Source of the DNA: the human T2T-CHM13v2.0 reference genome, Homo sapiens
Length of the DNA: 64,000 nt
Reading direction: 5' to 3'
NCBI GenBank assembly: GCA_009914755.4
Contig: CP068257.2
Span: forward strand, 42,336,001 to 42,400,000
Under the pieces are notes generated by a model that worked only from the letters and a program-made list of their open reading frames with translations, searched no databases and was not told the origin of the DNA. How positions within the stretch are numbered: the first letter of the stretch is position 1; each line of letters begins with the position of its first letter. The position numbers were made by a program, and so were the translations under genes. This document shows, one piece after another, positions 53,507 through 64,000 of the stretch.

Positions 53507-54239
53507 TTAATATTTGTATTCATCTCTTCCCCTTTCCGAAACTCCAGTAAATGGACTACATAAATACTAAACAAATAAATGGACTAAAAAAAATGGACCA
53601 AACAAATGCTAAACAAATCACCCTAAAGAACTAAAAAGGCAGACGTGCATAAAGACAGAGAAAGGAGGAGGCAGCGGAGGCCGCAGGATATAGCTGTGTT
53701 TTTGGGAGAAAGAGAAACAGGTGGAGGAATTGGGAGAGAAAGCTGAGGAAGTTCAATCCCTTGTGTCTTGTGGCTCCATAAGAGGAGGGGAATTTCTGAC
53801 AAGGGACAAAGTGCCAGATCTTGGAAGGCCCGGGTGAAAGCAGGGCTGGAGATGGGGGTTGGCAGAGGTGTGGACAGGGACAGTTAGACTCAGGGTCCCC
53901 ACTCCTGTCTGTAGTGAAGTGATTGCTGTCATTGCCCACTCCCCCAACCCCCCCCCCCACCCCCGCCGCCCCTCAGGAACCTGGAAAGTCTTTCTGTGGA
54001 CAGAAGAGCTCCAGACCCTCGGATCTGAGGTGCTGCAGAAGGCAAGGGAGAAGGGCCATTCTAAAACCAGCCGGCCTAGGTTCTGAACAGGGCACAGCTC
54101 CGCTCCGGGAACTCTGTAGCCAGATCCATGCTTCCTAGGCAAGAGAGTAGAGAACTTATCTCAGGAAAATTGGATGGCCCCAGGGAAAAGACTACGTTTT
54201 TCAGAAACAACCTTAAAATTTGGGAAAGAAATGTGTTAC

Positions 54240-55030
54240 CTTAGGGAAGATACGTCCACCTGAAACCTCAGGATGTGTCTTTATTGGAATAAGGGTCTTC
54301 GCAGATATGGTTAAGATAAGGACCTCACTGTGAGATCCTCTTCAATTAGGGTAGACCCTGAATCCAATGACAAGTGTCCTTGTAAGAGGCAGAAGAGAAG
54401 ACACAGACACAGGGTAGAAGACCTTGTGAAGATGGAGGTAGAGATGAGAGTGATGTGTTCATGAGCCGAAGAATGCTGAGGATGCCAGCAGCCAGCAGAA
54501 GCTGGGAGAGAAGCAAGGAACCTCCCACTGCAGCCAGAGGGAACTAAGCCCACCCATACCTTGATTTCAACTTTCTGGCCTCATGAAACATGCAAGAATA
54601 AGCTAATGTCCTAAGCCTCCAGGTTTGTGGTAGTTTGTGACAGCAGGTCTGGAAACTCATGCAGGAGGGCAGGTTGAGGAGGATGGAGCAGGTACTTGGT
54701 GTAGTTTGGATGTGTCCCCAAACATTCTTGCATTGGAAACTTAATTTCTGCCCTCGTGAGTGGATTAATGTTGCTGTCACGGGAGTGGGCTCCTTATCAC
54801 GTGAGTGGCTTTCTTATCAAAGTGAGCTCTCTTTGGCTCTCTGGCTCTTGCCCTGTCACCATGTGATGCCCTCTGCGGGTTTTGACATACCAAGAAGGCC
54901 CTCACCAGATGCTGGCACCTTGATCTTGGACTTCCCAGCCTCCAGAACTGTGAGCGCAATAACCTTCTGTTGCTTATAATTTACCCAGCCTGTGATATTC
55001 TGTTACAGCAGCAGAAAACATACCAAGACA
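54240..55030 (+). mobile_element. Two adjacent MaLR-type solo LTRs (MLT1/MST-like at about 54240-54660, THE1/MST-like at about 54700-55030) in intron 2.
   Basis: The first has ...gaagatggaggtagagatgagagtgatgtgttcatgagccgaagaatgctgaggatgccagcagccagcagaagctgggagagaagcaaggaacc...ccttgatttcaactttctggcctc...ctccaggtttgtggtagtttgtgacagcag. The second has tggatgtgtccccaaacattcttgcattggaaacttaatttctgccc ... caccttgatcttggacttcccagcctccagaactgtgagcgcaataaccttctgttgcttataatttacccagcctgtgatattctgttacagcagcagaaaacataccaagaca. Both match characteristic MaLR LTR consensus blocks. Confidence 0.55.
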
Positions 55031-55121
55031 TGGATGTGTGTGTGTGTTGGTGGGCGGTGAGGAGGAAGAGAGGGAGAGAGAGAAAAGCTTTTCAGTACTC
55101 TTTGTATTGAAGTACTTATCT

Positions 55122-55420
<299 letters not shown>

Positions 55421-57406
55421 TAATTACTTTGATAAAAAGTAGAAATTTAAAATTAATTGATTGGATCTAGGAAATGAAAACAATTGAAACAAAGTTTGCC
55501 AGATGCACTAAACAGCTGTATAGCTGAAAAGCAAATTAGTGAGCTGGAAGAATTGAGCTTAGAGACTCGGGAGATCATTGCTAAAAGCAGGAATGGGAGA
55601 GCATGGAGGAAAAGCTGGCCCTGGAGGATAAATCACGGAGCTCCAGGATCCACCTGAGGGGCTTTTCAGAAGGAAAGTGGAGGGAACAGAGGACAGGTGA
55701 CATTTGAAGAATGGCTGTCAAGCTTCTCCCAGAAGGGAGTTGGGATACTGCAGGAGCCTAGTGAATGTCAAGCAGAATGAAGAAAACAAAGCAAACAGAA
55801 AATCATGCCAGGGAATCAGAGAGAAACAGAAGAAGAACCAAGTAGACAGTTTCTAACAGAACCATTTACAGTGCAACATAAAATACATTTACGAGCAGCC
55901 TCCCCACAGTCCTGAGGGAAAGTACCCCAGACCCTAGAATTCTTTATCATTCACAGTGTCATCAAGAGGGAAGACTCTGTCACAGCTTCCCACCCTGAGG
56001 GCCTTGCGTGAGCCACAGGTGCTGAGAGATTTTTCCTCTAGGCCCCCGGCTGGCCGTGTGGGGGCCAGGATGGCCAGGAGTTCTGCCCCATCACTTCTGT
56101 GTGCAGTTCTGTTCCATCACTTCTGTGTACAGAAAGCCATTCCTGTCTACCCCAGAGTCCCATTCACATATGTTCACTGCTTGTCATGATACGGAGATAG
56201 GTGCACTGAAGTGAATACAAATATTTTCAGACATCTATAAGAACAGAAACCTTGCGACCCTCTGAGTAATTAAAGGATGTATCCCAATACGAAGGCAGAT
56301 GAACCCAGGGATCCAGGGTGAAAGCAACGTCTGCCAGCAACATGACATGTTTTGCTGAAGTTAAGGTGTCACTTTTTAAAAAAATTAAAAATCTAAAATT
56401 TCAGATGTGTGTGAAGGAGAACAGAGAGAAGGGGAGATAGACTTTAACTTTAGTCTTTGTAATAAAACCTTAAGTTACGTACTGAGAATTAAAATGCAAC
56501 CAACGGTAGAATAGAGATAGATGATAAGACTTTCAAACCAGCAGAGAGAAAAGATGGAAAAAGAAAACTTGATTAATCTCCCAAAGGACAGGGGAAAACT
56601 AGAGCCGGCAAGTAGAAAATGTACATATTTAAGCATCAGCATAGTCCCATTCATGATGGTTGGTTTTAAGTTATTAAACACAGCACCCTTAGATCGGATG
56701 AAAAACAAAATCCAGCTATAACATTCAGAAGAGACGCAGCTGCTAGAAGTGAGAAGTAAAGGCACGGCACAGAGATCCACGCGGTGTGGTTCACTGTTAG
56801 AAGCATCGTTAGGCCGTCACTGAGAGCCTTGGATGAGATGCAGGGGGCGTGTGGGATTTCTTGATGGGTTCCTTCTTCTTGGGTTGAGAATAAAGTAGAG
56901 GTTTGTCCTGCTATTTTATTTGTGCTCTGCAAACAAAAATATGTTATATTTTCGCCAAATAACTTTGTTTCTTGGATAAAATACAAGTTGTTCCAAAAAT
57001 ACGAATGCAACCCTAAAGCTTTCGTAATTAAAACTGCACTTTGGACATTTGGGACACACTTTTCTTCTTTTATGGTGACATAATTATAGATTCCGTTACA
57101 CTGAAACCCACCGTCGAGTCTGTAGTGGCCCTGGTTAAATGCAGTACTTGGAAGAATGTATTCCTGTGCCTGTATCCTTGAGGAAAATGAAAGATTTTGT
57201 GGAAATGGAGCTTTGACCTGTACACGTGAACTGTGTTTAAAATAATTCCTAGAATGTTTCTGAGCAGAATAGCGTAGTTATGATTTGGGGTTAATATATG
57301 TGCTCTGAACTCATGCATACCATTACATTATTTGTTGTTCTATTTCCCCTCTTCTGATGAATGCTGTTTAGTTGTTTTCTCAGTGACTTCAAACAATTGT
57401 TTACAG

Positions 57407-57542
57407 GTCCTATGGCCGGGCTCCGAAGATGATTCACCTAGAGTCTAACTTTGTTCAATTCAAAGAGGAGCTGCTGCCCAAAGAAGGAAACAAAGCTCTG
57501 CTCACGTTTCCCTTCCTCCATATTTACTGGACAGAGTGCTGT
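57407..57542 (+). CDS. TRAPPC10: TRAPPC10 coding exon 3 (136 nt), encoding (R)SYGRAPKMIHLESNFVQFKEELLPKEGNKALLTFPFLHIYWTECC.
   Basis: The acceptor ttgtttacag ends at 57406 and the donor GTGAGT is at 57543. The frame from exon 2 is maintained and the exon ends in phase 0. Confidence 0.7.
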
Positions 57543-57728
57543 GTGAGTACCAGCAGGGGAAGAGGATGCGCGGTGGGATGGGGTTGGAGATGCGTGGAGA
57601 GTGCTGTGTGAGTACCAGTGGGGGAAGAGGACGCGTGGTGGGGTGGAGTTGGAGATGCGTGGAGAGTGCTGTGTGAGTACCAGTGGGGGAAGAGGACGCG
57701 CGGTGGGATGGGGTTGGAAAGGTGTGGG
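57534..57728 (+). repeat. Tandem repeat of a 65-bp unit (about 3 copies) that begins inside TRAPPC10 exon 3 and includes the exon-3 donor site (GAGTGCTGT|GTGAGTACC...).
   Basis: The string gagtgctgtgtgagtaccag starts at 57534, 57599 and 57664, a period of 65. The copies are about 90-95% identical, and the third copy degenerates after about 57720. Confidence 0.85.
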
Positions 57729-59199
57729 TCTAGGCTTTGTTGAGCCAGCTGTAATTTTTCAAATTTACTTTTTAACATACTCTGTTATAGGTTGTCCCTT
57801 CATTCCTTGGCCAAGTGCGGGACTTGCTGTTGCGTGTTTGCGCCCTGGTCTGGCGTGCTGTGCTCACCGTGGCGCCGAGCGTGGTCGTGTTCCCATGTCT
57901 CCAGTCTTGTGAGCTGTCTCACTGTGCCCCACGGCTGCCAGGCTTAGTCTAAGCTGTGTTTGATCATGACTTTCAGCTTTGTTTTCATGACCCCTGTGTT
58001 CCCATCGTGGCTCCATTGTCCTTGGTCATCTGTTGTTTCTTCTGCTTGTTTGTGACCCCACTGAGGCTAGGACCATGTCCTTCCTCCCTGTTGCCGTGCC
58101 TGGGCAGGAGGCGCCCCGTGACTCTCCGTGGAACGAGTGGGCCTCAGCCCTGTGGCCGCCACAGCTTTCACTTGTATTTTCTGGTTGTGTATTCATGAAT
58201 CCAGAAAGAACCTTTTCGTTCTTGACACACTTCTTCTGTCGTGAACTAATAGAAAATTCTGTGCGGCACTTCTTCCTGTATTTTGAGTCAAATAAAGCAA
58301 GATTTAGCAGCATAGAAAGTACATAGATTATTACACACTGTGACATTGTAGCCTAGACCTGAGGCACAGAGGTAGTTGTTGGTGATTTTAATGAGACAGG
58401 AACTGTAAGTCTGCACCTGGTTTTCCTCAGATTTCACCTCATGCACCCTTTCTCTGCTGACTTTGCTCCGCCTCCTTTCCCACGGGCTCCACACAGCCAG
58501 TGAGGACACACGTGAGGAGATTTCCACCGGGGAAGCCTCTGCCGGAGACTCTGTACCCAAGGTTTTCACCAGGCTGCGCCGTAGGCCCCCTCTGCCTGGC
58601 GTGCCTGAGAAGGACACTGTCCCTGGCCTGCTGTGCCAGCTCTTCTCCCCATAACACCTGGTTGTAATGTTCGATTTGATCACTCCTCCAGGAGTTGTCC
58701 GGTTCCTCCCTGGCGTGGGGCTGTTGTCCCCTTGCGATCAGTAATCTAACTCTGGGGAGCCACTGTGAGGCGATTTAAGTGTCCTGCCCCTCACCCAGTG
58801 GTGATTCTTTCCTGAGCCAGAGTCTTTACTAAGGGTGCTGACCTTTCCACCCATCTCCGTCAGCCCGTCCCCTATTCTGGGGAGCGCCTGCAAGGGCCTT
58901 CTGCTCAGGCAGTGGTTAGTCAGTCACCTTTACTGATGCTCAGGTTGTCCCAGATTTGGCCATCAAGAGTCACTTCAGACTGGCACCTGTGTTCTTTTGA
59001 GCACTTTCTAATCATTTGAGGCATACCAAGATGTTTTAGGTTCTGGGAGCTCGTTGCCCTTGTGCTGGAGTCAGCCGCGTCTCCATGGAGCCCTGGTTCC
59101 TCTGGCAGCAGGCGTGCTTGCTGCCATGGTGGCGTTGCTGCCTCTCCACCCTTTACGCAGACAGAGCTGATAGGGATGTGCCTTAGACATCAAGAACTG

Positions 59200-59500
59200 G
59201 GCCGGTCATGGTGGCTCACGCTTGTAATCCCAGCACTTTGGGAGGCCAAGGCGGGTGGGTCACAAGGTCAGGAGTTTGAGACCAGCCTGGCCAAGATGGT
59301 GAAACCCCGTCTCTACTAAAAATACAAAAATTAGCTGGGCGTGGTGGCACATGCCTGTAATCCCAGCTACTCGGTAGGCTGAGGCAGGAGAATTGCTTGA
59401 ACCTGGGAGTGGAGGTTGCAGTGAGCCGAGATCGTGCTACTGCACTCTAGTCTGGGAGACAGAGCAAGACTCTGTCTCAAAAGAAAAAAAAGAAATCACG
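59200..59500 (+). mobile_element. AluY-type SINE (sense) in intron 3.
   Basis: ggccggtcatggtggctcacgcttgtaatcccagcactttgggaggccaaggcgggtgggtcacaaggtcaggagtttgagaccagcctggccaagatggtgaaaccccgtctc ... Confidence 0.9.
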
Positions 59501-59967
59501 AACTGATACTGATGCGTCCAATTTTATAACTTGGAGGGCTCTTTCTTGCCTCTCATTTATTTCTGCTCTCACCAACATCAACACATCTCTGTATTTGCTC
59601 AGTGCTACAACGTGCATAAGATAGTTTCAGAATTGGTACACCTGCGCCACAACTAGGAGCAGACCTACTGAGAACAGCTCCAAATTTGCAACTAAACTTT
59701 TCCTTTTGGACAGTATGTATCATAGTGTTTATTAACGTCTCCTTCAGCTTCATCCTTTTCAGGGTTTTTGTAGTTAGTCTTGCATGTTTAATTGAGGTAT
59801 TTTTGTTGTGATCAAACTAAGTTTATAAGTTCCCATATGCAGAACTAACATCTTGATCACGTTGAGACATACTCAAGAGCAAGGGCTGCCTTTCCTTTTG
59901 TGCAAGTCTGCTTCTGTGTTTTACACTTTATTTTATTAGAGATTTTTAAAAATTCTCTCTCTCTTTT

Positions 59968-60527
59968 TTTTTTTAAAGACAAGGTCTTATTCTGTCACTC
60001 AGGCCAGAGTGCAGTGGTGGGTTCTTGGGTCACTGCAACCTCAACCTCCCGGGCTCAAGTGATTGTCCTACCTCAGCCTCTTGATTGAGTTGAGACCACA
60101 GGCATGCGCCCAGCTAATTTTTTTGTATTTTCTGTAGAGATAGGGTTTTGCCATGTTGGACAGGCTGGTCTTGAATTCCTAGGTTCAAGGGATCCACCTG
60201 CCTCCACCTCCCAAAGTTCTGGGATTACAGGTGTGAGCCACGGTGCCTTACAGGGTCTCGCTCTGTCACCCAGGCTGGAGTGCTGGAGTGCAGTGGTGCG
60301 ATCTTGGTTCACTGCAACCTCCGCCCCTCTAGGCTGACGCCATCCTCCCACCTCAGCCTCCCAAGTAGCTGGGACCACGCCTGCCTTTTTTTTTTTTTTT
60401 TGGTGTTTTTAGTAGAGATGGGATCTTACCATGTTGCCCAGGCTGATCTCAAACTCCTGGCCCCAAGTGATCCTCCTGCCTCAGTCCCCTGAAGTGCTGG
60501 GACTACAGGTGTGAGCCACTGCGCCCG
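59968..60527 (-). mobile_element. Two back-to-back antisense Alu SINEs (about 59968-60250 and 60253-60527).
   Basis: ttttttttttaaagacaaggtcttattctgtcactcaggccagagtgcagtggtgg ... ggattacaggtgtgagccacggtgcc, followed immediately by ttacagggtctcgctctgtcacccaggctggagtgc ... gggactacaggtgtgagccactgcgcccggcc. Confidence 0.9.
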
Positions 60528-60956
60528 GCCGCCATAGTTCAATATTGAACTATATTTATTTGCATTGCTGGTATAAATCCCACTTAGTCATAGTATTATT
60601 TTCTTAATGTGGTATTAGAGTCTATCACTTGAATTTTATTTAGGAGTTTTTGCATCTATAATTCACAAGTGGTTGATCGGTAACTTTTGTTTTATGCTCT
60701 TTTTATGAGGTTTTGGTATTGATGTTCTACTTAATTCATTAAAATAATTTGGAAGTTTTTACTTACTTTCTGTTTCTGAAGTCATTTATGTAGCACTGGC
60801 GCTACCTGGTCTCTAAGGTTTGGTGGAATTTTGGGAAACTAGCTGGGCCAGGTACTTTTTTGTAACTCTTTGATGAAAATTGGTCTGTTTTCAGCCATTT
60901 GCTAATTTTGATAAAGTACATTTTCTTGGAAATTACGTATTTCGGTTAAGTTGTAA

Positions 60957-61287
<331 letters not shown>

Positions 61288-61354
61288 TTTTGACTTTTAA
61301 AATGTTTTGTCAGTAATTATTTTCCCATCATTATTTATTTATTATTATTATTAT

Positions 61355-61626
61355 TTTTTGAGACGGACTCTCACTCTGTCACTCAGGCTGTAGTGTAGTG
61401 GCGCATTCTCGACTCACTGCAACCTCTGCCTCCCAGGTCCAAGTGATTCTTCTGCCTCAGACTCCCAGTAGCTGGGGTTACAGGCGCCTGCCACCATGCC
61501 CGGCTAATTTTTGTATTTTTAGTAGGGATGGGGTTTCACCATGTTGGCCAGGCTGGTCTCAAACTCCTGACATCAGGCGATCTCCCAAAGTGCTGGGATT
61601 ACAGGCATGAACCACGGCGCCCAGCC
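61355..61626 (-). mobile_element. Alu SINE (antisense) with a small deletion near its 5' end.
   Basis: ttttttgagacggactctcactctgtcactcaggctgtagtgtagtggcgcattctcgactcactgcaacc ... gggattacaggcatgaaccacggcgcccagcc. Confidence 0.9.
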
Positions 61627-62780
61627 CCCATCATTATTTCTTATTTTGTATATTTGTGCTTTCTCTCTTTCTTCCTTGATTAAATTAGCTAGTTCGATTT
61701 TTTCCCTCCAGAGAACCAGGATTTTAATGTATTCATCTGATTTATCGTTAGTCTGTTTTCTACTCAAGTTTCTACTTTCATTTGTATTATTTTCTTCTTT
61801 TTGTTTTCTCATGGTTTACTTTGTTCATTTTTTAGTTTTCGGGCGTTTGAAATGCATTTATTTTCATTCTTAAATTTTTATTGATATAGGTCTTTAAAGT
61901 TAGGAATTTTTCTCTGGTTACTACTTTAAATATATCCCATTGTTTTATCATTATTTTTCAGAAATTCTCTATTTTTGATTTGTATTTCACCCTTTCATTA
62001 AATAGTTGTTTAACAGAAAGCTTTTTAGCTTACAGAAAAAAAAAGATTAAAAAAATTTTGTTTAGAAATTTCTAGCTTTATTGCATTGTGTTCAGAAAGT
62101 GTTTATATTTTTGCTTTATGAAACTTATTTTTAAAATTTTATGAATTTGACTGTTGTGTGACCTAATAAATGATCAGTTTTTTTGGACATTTCATGTGTG
62201 TTTGAGAATGTATTTTCTGTTTCCAGATTGTAATGTTAAATATCCACAAGACCTATCTTACTGCTTGTGTTGTTTAGGTCATTTATATTTTGAATTTTGT
62301 CCATTTGACCTATCTTTAACTGACAGTGGTATGGTAAAGTCTTCTGTTAGTGGTGTGTTTCTGTTTCTCTTGCATCTCCTGTAGTTTCTGTTTTGTATAG
62401 GTGGTTGATGTATTATTTGGTGCTTAGGTGTTTACAACTTACAGTTTTTATGGAGTGAAATATGTCATTTACAGAATGGCTTCTGGGCAGTGTATCTTGC
62501 TTAGGGAGGCCTTGTCTGTCTGAAGAGAACTGATTTTCTGTATTTTATTTTAATAATTTTGTAATTTATGTCTTATATTGGGACCCGTATAGCTTCAAAT
62601 TATTTATATATATTAGGAGCTCTGGGAGTTGAGGGTCTAATTTTACTGTCTGAATGCATAGCAAATTGGCCTAACACCATTTCATAATAGTGTGTCTTTT
62701 CTCCACTTACTGGGAATGTCACCTGTATTTTAAACCAACATCCTGTATGCACAATATTCTAGACACTTTGGTTCTATTGA

Positions 62781-63126
<346 letters not shown>

Positions 63127-64000
63127 TATTACACTTTTATAATATGTATCAATATCTTTCTTTTAAAATAAACCTTGTGGCCATCTACATTTTCCCTTCC
63201 ACATGTCGAGTGTCCAAATTTATTTTCTGAAGATGGCTGTAGCAGCATACCCATCCCACATGCTCCTCTCTATGTGACAGTGACTTTCCCTTGTTGAAAG
63301 GCTGGGCCTGTGTTTCCTCCAGTTGAATCTGGGTGGGCCTCTGACTGTGGCAGAAGCAACACTGTGATACTTGAGAGGAAGTCCTAAAAGATAACGTGCC
63401 TTCTGCTGGATTCTCTCGGGGTGCTTGTTCTTAGATTCCAGCCACCATGCTGTGGGGAAGCCAAGCAGCCCCGTGGGAAGGCCACTCGCAGGTGTTCAGC
63501 CTGCCCCAGCTGAGTCCCACTGTGTGTTTTAGCTCCCAGCCTCAACACGCCACTGACACCAGGTGGAGCAGAGACCTTGGTTCCCACCAAATCCTCTCTC
63601 AGTTGTAGATCCGTGAGCAAAAGAAAGTTTTACACCACTATAGCTTGGAGTGGCCTGTTACACAGCAGTAGATAACTGGAATATCAGTTGAAAAAGAGAA
63701 GGCTGGAGGCATTTTGATTGGGATTGCCTTGAATAAGTTGTTAATTCATTTGAGAAGAATTTTAATCATGAGTCTTCTTGAATCAGGGAATGTGGTATGT
63801 ATGTTTTTCCATTCTTTATGACTTTTTTCTGCCCTTATTTTTCGTAAAAGTTTTACATTTTTATTGTTAGCTTTAGCTTTTGTGGCCATTTTGAATGAGA
63901 CTTTTTTTCCTTAAAATTACATTCTAATAGCCTTTTTTTTTTCAAATCTTGATTATCGTCTATTTAAAAAAAGGAGTAAGTTGATAATATTGAGGATTTT

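Noticed and set aside
57534-57728. A tandem repeat array that could be mistaken for CRISPR, together with the other tandem repeats at 9718-10142 and 15273-15380.
   Set aside because: These are contiguous direct repeats with no unique spacers between them, and they sit in a human intron and intergenic DNA. No cas genes are present and the organism is eukaryotic. They are minisatellites or a segmental triplication, not CRISPR.

Overview
This window is human genomic DNA, not prokaryotic. About 45 Alu SINEs in both orientations, several LINE-1 fragments, MIR and MaLR-LTR relics, and spliced exons with GT/AG boundaries make this unambiguous.

Two protein-coding genes are supported, both on the + strand. 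The first is the 3' end of AGPAT3: the last two coding exons (610-808 and 1925-2013) translate and splice to ...DALQEIYNQKGMFPGEQFKPARRPWTLLNFLSWATILLSPLFSFVLGVFASGSPLLILTFLGFVGA/ASFGVRRLIGVTEIEKGSSYGNQEFKKKE*. A long, largely repeat-free stretch after the stop is probably its 3'UTR. The second is the 5' end of a gene I identify from memory as TRAPPC10: a CpG-island promoter at about 31.4-32.8 kb, then coding exon 1 (ATG at 32118, donor GTGAGT at 32185), exon 2 (51705-51786) and exon 3 (57407-57542). The splice phases are consistent and give MDASEEPLPPVIYTMENKPIVT|CAGDQNLFTSVYPTLSQQLPREPMEWRR|SYGRAPKMIHLESNFVQFKEELLPKEGNKALLTFPFLHIYWTECC. The region matches chr21q22.3, AGPAT3 to TRAPPC10.

The roughly 29 kb between the two genes and the TRAPPC10 introns are dominated by retroelements. 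Many Alus have visible target-site duplications, some are nested in L1, and there is a tandem array of Alu monomers. Simple repeats include (TA/TG)n, (GT)n, a 36-bp x3 minisatellite, and a 65-bp x3 tandem repeat that triplicates the exon-3 splice donor.

There are no CRISPR arrays, rRNA or tRNA genes, operons or phage/defence-like systems. Nearly all ORFs in the supplied six-frame track are translations of Alu, GC-rich or other non-coding sequence. I found no undescribed biological system. The most notable local oddities are the splice-donor triplication, a 38-bp direct repeat flanking a 1.9-kb block, and several young-looking Alu insertions with perfect target-site duplications.
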